Assembly: GCA_964016885.1 (NCBI GenBank)
Contig: OZ024751.1
Span: forward strand, 10,850,001-10,914,000
Direction: 5' to 3'
DNA from: Eledone cirrhosa
Taxonomy: Eukaryota
Length of the DNA stretch: 64,000 bases
Shown: positions 28,831-42,564 of the stretch, piece after piece
How the letters are laid out: each line of letters starts with the position of its first letter
How positions within the stretch are numbered: the stretch's first letter is position 1
Notes under the pieces: generated by a model
Databases searched by the model: none
What the model was told of the DNA's origin: nothing
Seen by the model: only the letters and a program-made list of their open reading frames with translations
Program-made: the position numbers and the translations under genes

Positions 28831-29254
28831 TCCAACATTTACGATATCACATAGAAGAGACTGACGGCTTTGAAAAGAAAACACAAACACAGCCAAAATC
28901 AACAAAGCCAAAACAAAACCCAAATTCAATCAACTTCCCTAATTTCATGTCTATTGAAACAAAGAAGAGAAAGATACTAAAGAATTCTCAAAAGGGACAT
29001 TAATCGGTTGGATAAATTTATTAACGTCATACTGTGTCATATAAATAGTATCTGATGTTTATGCGATATTAATGACTGATATAATTTACTGCCAAAGGAT
29101 CGTTTGCACGTTTTTCATACGAGGCGCCAAATATTTGACTAATCTTGATTGACTCTATAAAAGATATTACTGATATCTCAATGTATGATACCGATAATAT
29201 AAAATAAAACATAACTCATATATATAATGGATATATATTTCTATATATGCACAA

Positions 29255-29294
<40 letters not shown>

Positions 29295-29479
29295 GTTTAT
29301 GGACATATATACATATATAAAAGACACACACAAACATATATATTTATGAAACTAGTGAACTATTACACTATAACCACACACACACACACACGCACACGCA
29401 CACGCACACGCACACGCACACGCACACACACACACGTGTGTGTGTGTTGAAAAGGTAGGTCCTATCTTCGATATACACA

Positions 29480-29563
29480 TTATGCATCGAGTACTATATA
29501 TATATATATGTGTGTGTATATATAGTATATATATATATATATATGTGTGTGTGTATATATATA

Positions 29564-29640
<77 letters not shown>

Positions 29641-29683
29641 ATATATAGTATATATATATATATATATGTGTGTGTATATATAG

Positions 29684-29718
<35 letters not shown>

Positions 29719-29725
29719 ATATATA

Positions 29726-29809
<84 letters not shown>

Positions 29810-29946
29810 AATTTATGTTTAAAGCACTATAGTATTTGAAACATTCAAATATTTATTCATGCACACTCAATACTGTGTAAAAAATGTGCAGTGACTCCGT
29901 AATTTCAGCTTGATCGCATATATATATATATAATATATATATATAC

Positions 29947-29992
<46 letters not shown>

Positions 29993-30008
29993 GTAACTAT
30001 ATATATAC

Positions 30009-30053
<45 letters not shown>

Positions 30054-30485
30054 TATACATATATATACATATATATACATATATATATATACATATATAT
30101 ACATATATATATACATATACATATATATATACATATATATATATACATATATATATATACATATATATACATATATATATATACATATATATACATATAT
30201 ATACATATATATATATACATATATATACATATATATACATATATATACATACATATATATACATATATATACATATATATAAATATATATACATATATAT
30301 ACACATCTTCAGCATTGTAGAATGCTGACATTTTGCAGAGAAGTAAAACAAGGAAATGTTTATACTTATACTGTATGTATGTTTGTGTCTGTGTGTGTGT
30401 ATGTGTGTTTTGTATTTCTGTATGTGTGTATGTATATATTAATATCATCTATAATTTATAAACACACCGGTTTTAACTTTATTTT

Positions 30486-30529
<44 letters not shown>

Positions 30530-30690
30530 GTATATATGTTGTGTGTGTGTATGTATATATACATATATATATATGTGTGTATATATATATGTATATATAT
30601 ATATATGTGTATATATATATGTATATATGTATATATATACATATATATATTTATATATATATATTTATATATATATATATATATAATAGT
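29480..30690. repeat. (TA)/(TG)/(CA) microsatellite cluster
   Basis: Direct reading. Confidence 0.9.
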
Positions 30691-31668
30691 TGAGTATATT
30701 AGGCATTACTTTCAACACTTAATACCAAATCCACAGAAGGTCCCCTAGTGCTATACTTTCTAATTATTGCGAGAGAAATATGAAAAAATAATGAACCGCC
30801 ATTTTGTAGTGTCGCTTTTGCTTTGTTTTTACTAATTCCAAATATATAACCATACCATAAAACTGTCGAAGCTTCATCGTAACCCCTCTTTTATCGGAGA
30901 TCTGACGGACCTTTTATGAAATACCCCCACGCCTATCTGTGAAGAATATCTATCTTGTTGCTGTAATGCGAACATTATATATCGAAAGGCCACTCAAACC
31001 AGGTAGATAGTTTGTGGAGTCACTGACGTTGCTAGACACACCAGCTAAATTGTACTGCACGTCTACAATTTATGGGAAAAAAATGAGAATGGGATGAATA
31101 AATTGGAGAATAACTTGTTAAATACGGTTTGTCTGAAAAAACCAAAGAAGCGATGTGCACAGGTGGGATATATTTGATCAAATATCTTATGGGTCAGACA
31201 TGACTTGGGTTCTCAGTAACATTATTAACAAAGTAGAACCTATAAATAAATAAATTTCAGACGGGATGGTAACAGTTTGAATGCCTTGGGTCATAAGTGT
31301 TGAAGATCATGTCTATAGGTGTTGAAGATCAAGTCTATATGTGAACATTTTTACATAAATTACTCCCCTTTATCTCTCCCTCTCTTTAATTATCTATCAG
31401 TTGCTTTCTCAAGCCAATAACTTTAATAAAATTATAACTCCAGAGAAGTCTTCCTCTATAATCCTAATTGTAGTATCCCAGATTTTAAAAACTCTATAAC
31501 TGTTACATTAAGCAATGTTTTTCTTACTCATACCTTCTCTATTGATTCTATTACGTTATCGCATGTTCTCATTATTAGGGTATAAATGTCGAGTTTTCTC
31601 ATGAGTTAATCACTACCTTGATTAAATCTTAACCATCTAACATCTCAGGGTATGTCATGTATCATTTT

Positions 31669-31734
31669 ATTTTATCTGATGAGGACGTACTGTTGAACCT
31701 GATTCACGTACCTCTGAAATATGTGTAATAAAAT
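31669..31734 (+). ncRNA. Type I hammerhead ribozyme (partly degenerate)
   Basis: attttat-CTGATGA-ggacgt..acgtacctct-GAAA-tatgtg-TA-ataaaat; 7 bp stem I, (TA)n about 45 bp downstream. Confidence 0.6.
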
Positions 31735-31774
31735 TTAATTGATCACAAGAACATCTATTTTATTAATATTTGAA

Positions 31775-31817
<43 letters not shown>

Positions 31818-32562
31818 TGATATTCATCGTATGGATTCGTTGTATTCCAAGGCTAAAACTAAATATATAATTAAAAGTCTTGTTCCTTGTTGCTCTATTC
31901 ACTCGATGCGTATGCTTTGAAATATTCGCTTTGCACAACATCGATCACATCAATATCACAGAACAGAGCAAATATCACACACACCATTTCCAGAATACAC
32001 ATACGCACATAAATATGTTTATAAAGTTTCACACACTAACTGGCCTATAAACACGTAAGTGTGTGTGGGTGTAGGTGGGTGTGTGTGGATTGATTGCAAT
32101 AGCCTGAAACCAACAGATTTTCTTATCTTTTTCAGCTATCGGGCAAAGAATTTCCTTTGCACTCTTTAACAGAGCAAGTTATATATAAGAGAGGGGCTTA
32201 TGGGAGCGTAGGGTTGTGTGATGGGGTAGAGATTAGTGGGTAGCGATGAAATATTATAGTGGCTAGTACAAATGTTGAGATATAGTCATATGAGTAAGGA
32301 ACGCTTATATCATAGCCTGACGTATTAAGTTGTACACTTTTGGCAATTGTCTTATACCGAGTGCCATATCGTTGTAATAACGACAAATTATAAATACATA
32401 CATACATGATCATACATACGTATACACTCATATATATGTACATACATATAAACAAACATGAATACATACATAGAAACATGCATGCATATATATATATATA
32501 TATATACGTACACACATACGTATATACACATGTTCATACATACACAAATACAAACATGCACG

Positions 32563-32593
<31 letters not shown>

Positions 32594-32964
32594 GAGTGTG
32601 TGTGTGTGTGTGTATGTATGTATGCGTGTGTGAGTAACCGTTGACTGTGAGTGTGTATACGTATGTATGCGTACACTACAACACACGCACGCACGCGAGT
32701 TCAAAATATGGCTTTATCTTTCTAATATCGCAGAAAATACAAAACAGTATTTTATAAAGACCGGCACATATACAAGTCTATCATACACACATACACACAT
32801 AGAGAAGTTTATCATAACCACATACATATATAGAAAGGATTATATCATAACCACATACATACATCCATAGAAAGAATTTTATCATAGCCATACATATATA
32901 TATATATATAAATAAATTTATCATTGCCACATAATATGTATATAGAAATAAATGTATCATACCC

Positions 32965-33000
<36 letters not shown>

Positions 33001-33420
33001 GAGAGAGAGTATCATAGCCACACGCGCGCACACACAAATATGTATATATATATATGTGTTTATCATAGACGGATATATAGAGGATGAGAGAGAGAGAGAG
33101 AGAGAGAAGTTTTGGCACCAGTTTATTTCAGTTGTCTGTTGATTCGTGATGATAATTCTGTGCTTATAATCGTGAAAACGTTCCTTCCTGCGGGAATAAA
33201 CTGTCGTCTGCTTTCTCCAATTATTCTATCGCGTTGATCTCACTCAAGTTTCGACTCAGTGATTCCATATTTTGACATTATTCAATCTCATAAGTATTAT
33301 TTTGAAAGTATATCATGTCAACAAACTATTCGAACCGAAAACTGAATCTATTGTAGTAATCATCATATTATTTCATTTGTACATATGCATGTCTGGGCCT
33401 TTTATAAATACATATGTGTG

Positions 33421-33471
<51 letters not shown>

Positions 33472-33965
33472 TCACTGTGACAAGCATAGAAACACACACA
33501 CACATATGTATATATATTTATCCATGTATAAATATTGTCTTATTCGTTCATTTTCAACTATGTATATATATATACATTATACACACACACACATATATAA
33601 GTAGACCAGCGGAATAAAATGCAGTTCACGATATAAAGGTATTAAAATAAATATGTATTTTTTAACAGGACGCCTACTCTCTAAACCGTACATACTCTAG
33701 CTTCAACAACCCTATCCTCTTTTGATAAGTTTGACAGTCTATAGAACAAATCACGTCACGTTATATACGTTTATTGAGATATAATTACGCCTCGAACAGC
33801 TTTTTTTAAAATTTAAACTGAAGAGGGTAATTAAAGCTGAAACTTTGAGATTATTACCGAATAATATAAAGCCTATATTTTTCTCTTATGTGTTCACTGG
33901 TCATGGGAAGATTTGACAGGATTTATATAGGCTTTTAGCTAGCACACCAGCTGTGTGCGCGTGTA

Positions 33966-34002
<37 letters not shown>

Positions 34003-34007
<5 letters not shown>

Positions 34008-34189
34008 AACAAGTATGACCCCGACGGGAGAGCTCAAGCCGTTTCGACGGCTAGTCCAGAATTAGCCGTCGAAACGGCTTGAGCTCTGCCGTCGGGGTCA
34101 TACTTGTTCCTATTACCCACTCTACTACCCTAAGTATTGAGTACTTTAGTGTGTTATGGTCCATCTGGTTCCTTACCACATTTCCTTCG

Positions 34190-34191
<2 letters not shown>
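34003..34191 (+). mobile_element. 5'-truncated and 5'-inverted PLE pLTR fragment (same family as 8561-9345)
   Basis: 34003-34053 is the reverse complement of 34063-34113 with 1 mismatch. It holds only the 3' half of the hammerhead and has (TA)n on both sides. Confidence 0.8.
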
Positions 34192-34235
<44 letters not shown>

Positions 34236-34390
34236 GAGAGAGATGTATACAGGTATATATAAATGTATGTATATACATATAAATGCATATACATATATAC
34301 GTGTGTGTGGGTGTGTCTGCAGGTATATACATGCATATTTATATACATTCATACTTACAAGCACACATATACACATAGATATACACATAT

Positions 34391-34423
<33 letters not shown>

Positions 34424-34855
34424 ATATATATACGATATGTATATATAATAGGTATATAATATATATACACAAATGGGTAGATATAGACATAGGCATTTCT
34501 TATGTACTGATATATGATAATTTAATTTATGTACGAATGTTTTCCCTGAAACCATATGACTGTATTAGTTGTGATAATCTCCTTATATCTCCTTATAATA
34601 TATAACCAGCAATTTCTCTGTCTGTCTGTCCGACAGTGGAAAAACGTGCGCGCGTGGTTGCTATCTCTCTCTCTCCAGCTATCCCTCTCTTTTAGTCTGT
34701 CTGTTTCTCTCACTCTCACTCTTTCTCTTTGTAACACAATAACATTCCTCCCCTCTATCGCTGTGACGAATGGGGAGGAGGAGAGAGTCACTTCGTCACT
34801 TCACCTCTGCCTTTCTTTCTCTCCCCTCTCACTCCCTCATTACGTACAGACATTA

Positions 34856-35048
34856 GGGCGGTGGATTGGCAGACTCTGTAGAGAGTCGGATACCATGCTT
34901 CATAGCATGGAGTTACGTCCCTTTACGGTCTGAGTTCAAATACCGCCGAGGTTAACTTTGCCTTTCATCCTCACGGGGTCGATAAAATAAAGTACCAGTA
35001 ATGTACTGGGTAATTGCTGGCCTTGTGCCAAAAGTAGAAACAATTATT
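34856..35048 (+). mobile_element. tRNA-derived SINE (family A)
   Basis: GGCGGTGGATTGGCAGA..GAGTTCAAATACCGCCGAGGTTAAC..GTAGAAACAATTATT. Confidence 0.85.
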
Positions 35049-35191
35049 AGAAACATTGCTTCATTTTTACGTATCTAAGCATTAGTAAAATAATTAATAA
35101 TTTCAAAAGTAATTTTTCAATTCCAATTGTTATGAACAGCAAAACATTAATAATAATTTTGTTCTAAGAAATATATATACATTTCTGTGTG

Positions 35192-35242
<51 letters not shown>

Positions 35243-35315
35243 GAAATATATAGACATTTCTGTGAGTGTAATATATATATAGACTAGAACTGTTTCATTC
35301 TTAAGAAATCACCAG

Positions 35316-35356
<41 letters not shown>

Positions 35357-35764
35357 TTAGTTTCAGAAGATCCCGTTAAGGGTGAAAGCAGCGATTCTTT
35401 GCTTAAACTTTAATCTTTTATTTTAATATATATATATATATAAATAAATGTACGTATGTAATATATTAATAATATATATATATAATGTATGTATATATAA
35501 TATATATATGTTAGTAAATACGAAGAAATATTTATACTATTCCACACACATATAATATATATGTTATGTCGTCGACCACTGATTCCAACAACCAACGTTC
35601 TAGGCCAGCACGTGACACCTGCGTTCCCAGACATGGCACGCGCGACCTTGGAGTAATTTACCATGGAGATCTAGCCAGACACAGCCTAGTTCTTTGAATT
35701 TACAGACGACAACTTTAAGACTGGCTTTTGGTGTTTTAACCAACTCACTTGGGCTGAGCATATA

Positions 35765-35823
<59 letters not shown>

Positions 35824-36607
35824 ATGTGTGTGCGTGTGTGTTATATGTGTGTGCGTGTGTGTATATATAATATATATATATATATATAATATATATATAT
35901 ATATATTATATATGTATATTGTGTGTCTCTCTCTATATATACATATATATAGGTTTAAGTGTGTATGTGCGTGTGTATGTGTATGTTAGCGTGTGTGCAT
36001 ATGTGCGTATGTATGAGTGTGTGTATGGTATATGTGTGTTAGCGTATGTGTCTGTATGCGTGTGTGTCTGTCTGTGCGTGTGTCTGTATCTGTGTAAGTG
36101 TGTGTGTGTGTGTACAGGAATTCATAAGTTTCCTAAAATATGTCTGTATGCTTAATTTTTCTTAAAAATTATAAACTGGTTCTTCCTGTCAGAGATAATA
36201 ATCTGATTTGAGAATAATGCATCTCAAAATATGAACATGGGTGTATATATATATATGTATGTGTGTGTGTGTCTGTGTGTTTGTGTGTGTGTTAAATATA
36301 TATCGACTAGCAGAAAACCACCCACCGGGTGGTTTTCTGCTAGTCTATATATCTAAAACAGAGAATGTCTGTTTGTCTGTCTGTCAGCTCACTAAAACTC
36401 CAGAACCACCCAACCGATTGTTTTCAAACTTTACACATGTAATACTGTGAGTGTTTTGAGAAAAATAAATTTCAAATTTTCAATGCCCTAGGGACCGCAT
36501 CAGGCGATTTAGCGATTTCTCTTTTTAGATAGATACATAGATATAACGTTGCGCCTTTATAATAGCTGTCTGTATGTCTGACTGTATGCATTACGACATT
36601 ATGACAC

Positions 36608-36693
<86 letters not shown>

Positions 36694-37195
36694 GTGTGTA
36701 ACATTTTTCGAAATATTTACTTCTACGTTCACAGATTGATTTCTTTTAGTTTCAGAGGTTCCCGTTAAGGGTGAAAGCAACGATTCTTTGCTTAAACTTT
36801 AATCTGTTATTTTAATATATATATATAATTATATATTCGTGTACAGATATTTTTGCATACACAACAACAAAATATAAACACAAGTATTTATTTCGCGATA
36901 AAGTATTTATTTTCTTCGCACAGAAAAAACCCCTTGTAATCTACGACGAATTTTTTTTATAAGCACAAAATGTAGACACCATCCCGAGGCCAAGGTATTA
37001 AGTACTTCTCTGTACTGTTATATATATATATATATATATGAATACCCCCTCCGCCTCCGTGGTATTTTCTTCGTGGTTATAAGAGGCTTAGCTCTGTTTC
37101 TCGACCGTTATATCGCGTGACTATCTCCCCCTCCGCCTTTTGGGATTCTTTCTCACGTCGTGTAGACGCGTTCTTGAGACTAGTAAAATGAGGTA

Positions 37196-37283
37196 TCCTC
37201 TTGATAAGTTGGCAGACCTCGCAAGGACTCTATATCTTTGATATATTGTTTTTGTTTATGCCACGAAACTACGTAGTCGAGGA
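37196..37283 (+). ncRNA. Type I hammerhead ribozyme, U3-A8 core variant, copy 1
   Basis: tcctc-TTGATAA-gttggca..tgccac-GAAA-ctacgtag-TC-gagga; palindromic stem III. Confidence 0.8.
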
Positions 37284-37786
37284 ATTTAGGAGCAGTTTAG
37301 GTATGATACATTTTATTACTAATTATATCTAAATGTTTCTTCTCTCTTCATAATGTATTTTTAACTCTGATACTGGTTCAGTCTGGTTCAAACTGAATTG
37401 GTCTGTCCCAGTCATTCATTGAGCAACATCGGTGAAGTTGGCACCCTTAACTCACAGTTGGGTGCGGATGCATTCATGTATATATGTGTGTGTCCGCATG
37501 TATCTGTGTGTTTCTAAATATATTAATAGCTCCCTCTGGTCGAGCAATCTTTGAGGTGTGGGGACAACTGGAAAGCTTCCATTACTCATACTTCTCGCCT
37601 TCTTCACTACCTCTTCTACGGCCTCGATATGAATACCCCCTCCGCCTCCGTGGTATTTTCTTCGTGGTTATAAGAGGCTTAGCTCTGTTTCTCGACCGTT
37701 ATATCGCGTGACTATCTCCCCCTCCGCCTTTTGGGATTCTTTCTCACGTCGTGTAGACGCGTTCTTGAGACTAGTAAAATGAGGTA

Positions 37787-37874
37787 TCCTCTTGATAAGT
37801 TGGCAGACCTCGCAAGGACTCTATATCTTTGATATATTGTTTTTGTTTATGCCACGAAACTACGTAGTCGAGGA
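37787..37874 (+). ncRNA. Type I hammerhead ribozyme, U3-A8 core variant, copy 2
   Basis: Identical to 37196-37283. Confidence 0.8.
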
Positions 37875-37943
37875 ATTTAGGAGCAGTTTAGGTATGATAC
37901 ATTTTATTACTAATTATATCTAAATGTTTCTTCTCTCTTCATA

Positions 37944-38000
<57 letters not shown>

Positions 38001-38197
38001 TATAATTATATATTCGTGTACAGATATTTTTGCATACACAATAACAAAATATAAAGCAACGTATTCATTTCACGAGGCTCGACAAGGATAAATATATATA
38101 AAATATATAAGAACCCTAGAGCAAATCCCGAACAACGCCGGGCCATTCTGCTAGTGAATCATAAAGCTTGATGGTATGTCATATCTGTTTGAAATAA

Positions 38198-38245
<48 letters not shown>

Positions 38246-38302
38246 ATATATATATATACACACGCATATATATATTTACTTACAATATATATTATGTAGT
38301 AT

Positions 38303-38344
<42 letters not shown>

Positions 38345-38476
38345 CACATATATATATTTACTTACAATATATATTATGTAGTAAATATAATATATATATA
38401 TATATATATACACATACACACATATATTTACTTACAATATATATTATGTAGTATATATATATATATATATATATAA

Positions 38477-38714
38477 TAATATATTTAGAAACACACAGAT
38501 ACATGCGGACACACACATATATACATGAATGCATCCGCACCCAACTGTGAGTTAAGGGTGCCAACTTCACCGATGTTGCTCAATGAATGACTGGGACAGA
38601 CCAATTCAGTTGAACCAGACTGAACCAGTATCAGAGTTAAAAATACATTATGAAGAGAGAAGAAACATTTAGATATAATTAGTAATAACATGTATCATAC
38701 CTAAACTGCTCCTA

Positions 38715-38717
<3 letters not shown>
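38477..38717 (-). repeat. Inverted partial copy of the 591 bp unit
   Basis: Reverse complement of ~37284-37526. Confidence 0.9.
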
Positions 38718-38748
<31 letters not shown>

Positions 38749-38792
38749 CATACACACACACATATATATTTACTTACAATATATATTATCTA

Positions 38793-38840
<48 letters not shown>

Positions 38841-39071
38841 TCATTCAAAATTAAATTTTGCATCCTACATTCAAACTTACATTTACAAACAATATTGACT
38901 CCTTGCCTTTTTCATTTCTTTCTTTCTGTTCTCTTTTTCCTTTTTGTTTCTTGTCACATTCACATATATACAATCTAATGCATATGTTTATATTTATGTG
39001 TGGGCATTTGTGTACAACCATTGTATATTATGTTACACACACACATATATATACACCATACATTTGTATAC

Positions 39072-39112
<41 letters not shown>

Positions 39113-39138
39113 TATATAGATATATATATATATATATT

Positions 39139-39302
39139 TACGAGGGGGTGTTGAAAAATTCCCGGGTTTGGGTAAAAGAAAATACAGGAGGATCAGTTAA
39201 TTATGATTTTATTTAACACATTCCCTTCTCAGATTCACACACTTATTGCAGCAGTCCTTCAGTTTTTCCAAACCCTGTAAAAAGAATTTGGAAGGTTGGG
39301 CC
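39139..39302 (+). mobile_element. Mariner-type DNA transposon terminal fragment
   Basis: TA followed by CGAGGGGGTGTTGAAAAATTCC, a mariner TIR-like start; no partner TIR or transposase was seen. Confidence 0.55.
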
Positions 39303-39789
39303 TTATATATTTATAAATATAAATGAAAAGAAAAAAAACGTTGTTTTTGATCGTGACGAAGCGAGATTGTATTTGAATATATATAAAAAATGAAAAAAAC
39401 TCTTCTCTAGAAGAGCCGTTAAAACAGCTAAATGCTGTCAAAGAAAGCGGTGGGCAAAATGCCCAAGTGGACAGAGACCAGCGGTCCGTAGTCAAGAGAG
39501 ACAATCCACAAGGTTGGAGGCAGGGGGTTGATTGATGGGTGGGGTATGATAGGCAGATGAAATATTGAATTGATTGAAAGAAAATTAGGACAAAGAGAAG
39601 CATGTTGGCGCATAAAAGTGATTGGAAAAAGGAAACGAAGAAAGGCGATGTACAGGACAAGTTTACATGCGCACAGATCTTCACCCTCATCAGCTCTCAG
39701 ACCAGCACAATGGTTTCGCACGATATATATTTAATACATTGAAGTATAGCGATATAAAGCCGCGTCTTCATATTCATTCAGCTACCAAT

Positions 39790-40015
39790 ATTAATTGTTT
39801 CTACTTTAAGCTTCAGGCCAGCAATTTGAAGGGGGGGGGGGGGGGGGGGGGGCGGCGGAGATAGTCGATTAAATCGACCCCAGTACTTACTGGTGCTTTA
39901 TTTTATCAACTCCATAATGATGAAAGGCAAAGTTAAGCTCGGCGGGATTTGAACTCAGAATGTAAAGCGCCATAATTCCATGCTGCAACACATGGTGTCT
40001 GATGCTCTACCGTTA
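39790..40015 (-). mobile_element. tRNA-derived SINE (family A)
   Basis: Homologous to 310-535. Confidence 0.8.
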
Positions 40016-40102
40016 TTGAATAACTCTTTGCGTTACATGATCCGGCTCCCTCTCCCTCCGATTTCAAATACAACCCATGTCACTTTTACCTTTCACTCCC
40101 GA

Positions 40103-40295
40103 TAAATAATTATTTCGACTTTTGGCACAAGGCCAGCAATTATCCCAGTGCGTTACTGGTACTTTATTTTATCGACCCCCGTAAGGATGAAAGGTAAAGT
40201 TAACCTCGGCGAGATTTGATCTCATACCTTTAAGGGGCGTAACTCTATGCTACAAATCATGGTGTCCAACCTTTTACCGATACTGCCAATCCACC
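40103..40295 (-). mobile_element. tRNA-derived SINE (family A)
   Basis: Homologous to 92-284. Confidence 0.8.
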
Positions 40296-40626
40296 ATAAT
40301 GTACTGACTTTTGCATCCTCAATAAATTGTTGGCCTTATGCCTACAATAACCAAAAAACTATCATTGGCATTTGGAAGACGCTAAAAATTAAGGGCTAAA
40401 TGCTATAGTGTGTTGGGGGTAAACTCTCAAGGGACCCACCATAAAACATATAACAAACAAAACAACAAAGTATAAATATATATGAAGTTTCGATTTTCGG
40501 CTGAATTCCATTCCTTTACGTGAACAATGTTGTTAGTTAATGAGCATCATACAGTATCATCCTTTCTCATTATCTCGTCTCCTCCTCCTTCCTCTATTTC
40601 TCTCACTCTCCCTCTCCCCCTCTCTC

Positions 40627-40702
<76 letters not shown>

Positions 40703-40739
40703 TACAACAGTAAGGTATAAATAACAGTAACAACTACTT

Positions 40740-40774
<35 letters not shown>

Positions 40775-41382
40775 CTATGCACACACTCATATTTTTAACT
40801 ATGTATCTATCCATCCAACTATTTCTCTCTCTCTCTCTTACATATATGTATATACGACGCACGCGCACACGCACGCACGCACACTCTCTTTCTCTCCCTC
40901 TCCCTCTCTCTCTATATATATATCGCTCCTGTTTTGCTACATCTCTCTCGTTCTTTTGTATCAATAAAAAAAAAACGTTGAATACCAAGTGAAGCAAGGA
41001 TAAACCTTAAATACAATAGCAACAATATTAAAAAGGCACCACCCCGCCACCACTTCGCCGCCACCAACATCTACCCCCACCCCGCCCCACCACCAGCGAT
41101 ACTAACAATAAAAACAATACCAATATTATGTAACAATAGTAACGGACAGTAAGGGTAAATATGACCTGAAGCAACGAAAACATCAAAGAAAAACAGACCT
41201 ATACATATATGAGTGTATAGGTCTGTTTCTGTATCAGTGTGTAGATATATGCGTATATATGTATGTGTGTACATATATGTACACACACACACACACACTA
41301 TATATATATATATATATACATACGCACACGCACTATATATAAATAAATATACACGCACACACACACACTATATATATATATA

Positions 41383-41414
<32 letters not shown>

Positions 41415-41452
41415 CACACCCACACCCACACCCACACACACACGCGCATATA

Positions 41453-41500
<48 letters not shown>

Positions 41501-41578
41501 CACACACAGACACTATATATACATATATATACGCACACACACTATATATATATATATATATATACGCACACACACACA

Positions 41579-41609
<31 letters not shown>

Positions 41610-41739
41610 CGCACACACACATACTATATATATATATACATACACTATATCACCAAGCATGGTATCATGTAAAGGGCAAATATGAAACAACAGGCGTTGA
41701 AATAATATCAAAAGAGAGGAAACGATCGGCTGAATGTAA

Positions 41740-42560
41740 ACAACAACTATAACTGCATAAACAACAATTGTGAATAGAAAGGTCTAGAGAACAACAGTAA
41801 CAACAACAACAACAGCAACGTCTAGAGAACAACAGTAACAACAACTACAACAGCAAGTTCTAGAGAACAACAGTAACAACAACAGCAACGTCTAGAGAAC
41901 AACAGCAAGGTCTAGAGAACAACAGTAACAACAACTACTACAACAGCAAGGTCTAGAGAACAACAGCAACGTCTAGAGAACAACAGTAACAACAACAGCA
42001 ACGTCTAGAGAAAAGTAACAACTACAACAACAAGGTCTAGAGAACAACAGTAACAACAACTACAACAACAAGGTCTAGAGAACAGTAACAACGACAGCGA
42101 CTAAAGCAGCAAAGTATTAACAGTAAAAACAACAACAACAACAGTAACACAACAACGACATTGCTAACAACAGCAATGTATAAACAGTAACAACTTGAAC
42201 AACATCAAGGTATGCCGAACAACAGTAATAGCTACAACAACAGTAATAACAGCTACAACAACAATATCAACAACACCAGTAAGGTTTAGAAACAACAGTA
42301 ATAACAACTACATCAACAACACCAGTAAGGGTTAGACACAACAACATCAACAACACCAGTAAGGTTTAGAAACATAACAGCTACAACAATAACAACAGTA
42401 AGGTTTAGACACAACAGTAACAACACAAGTAAGGTTTAGACACAACAGTAATAACATTTAACACCAGTAAAGTTTAGACAACAGTGACAACAACAACACC
42501 AGTAAGGTTTAGACAAAACAGTAACAACAGCTACAACAATATCAACAACACCAGTAAGAT
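41740..42560. repeat. Diverged (AAC)-based minisatellites (TCTAGAGAAC and GTAAGGTTTAGA units)
   Basis: Direct reading. Confidence 0.85.
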
Positions 42561-42564
42561 TAAG

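Larger units (their letters stand above)
37036..37948 (+). mobile_element. Retrozyme/pLTR-like tandem element, 591 bp unit (~1.5 copies)
   Basis: 37036-37357 is repeated at 37627-37948, with two hammerheads 591 bp apart and (TA)n on both flanks. Confidence 0.85.
36344..38154 (+). mobile_element. Probable non-autonomous Helitron with nested insertions
   Basis: 5' TCTATATATCTAAAA plus (TGTC)n plus ACCGATTGTTTTCAAACTTTACACA; 3' hairpin CCCGAACAACGCCGGG followed by TTCTGCTAG. Confidence 0.55.

Noticed and set aside
33815-33870. Hammerhead-like CTGAAGA-gggtaat..attacc-GAAT
   Set aside because: GAAA core is broken and no clear stems I or III; at most a relic.
39650-39700. Minus-strand CTGATGA motif
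   Set aside because: No properly placed GAAA or stems.
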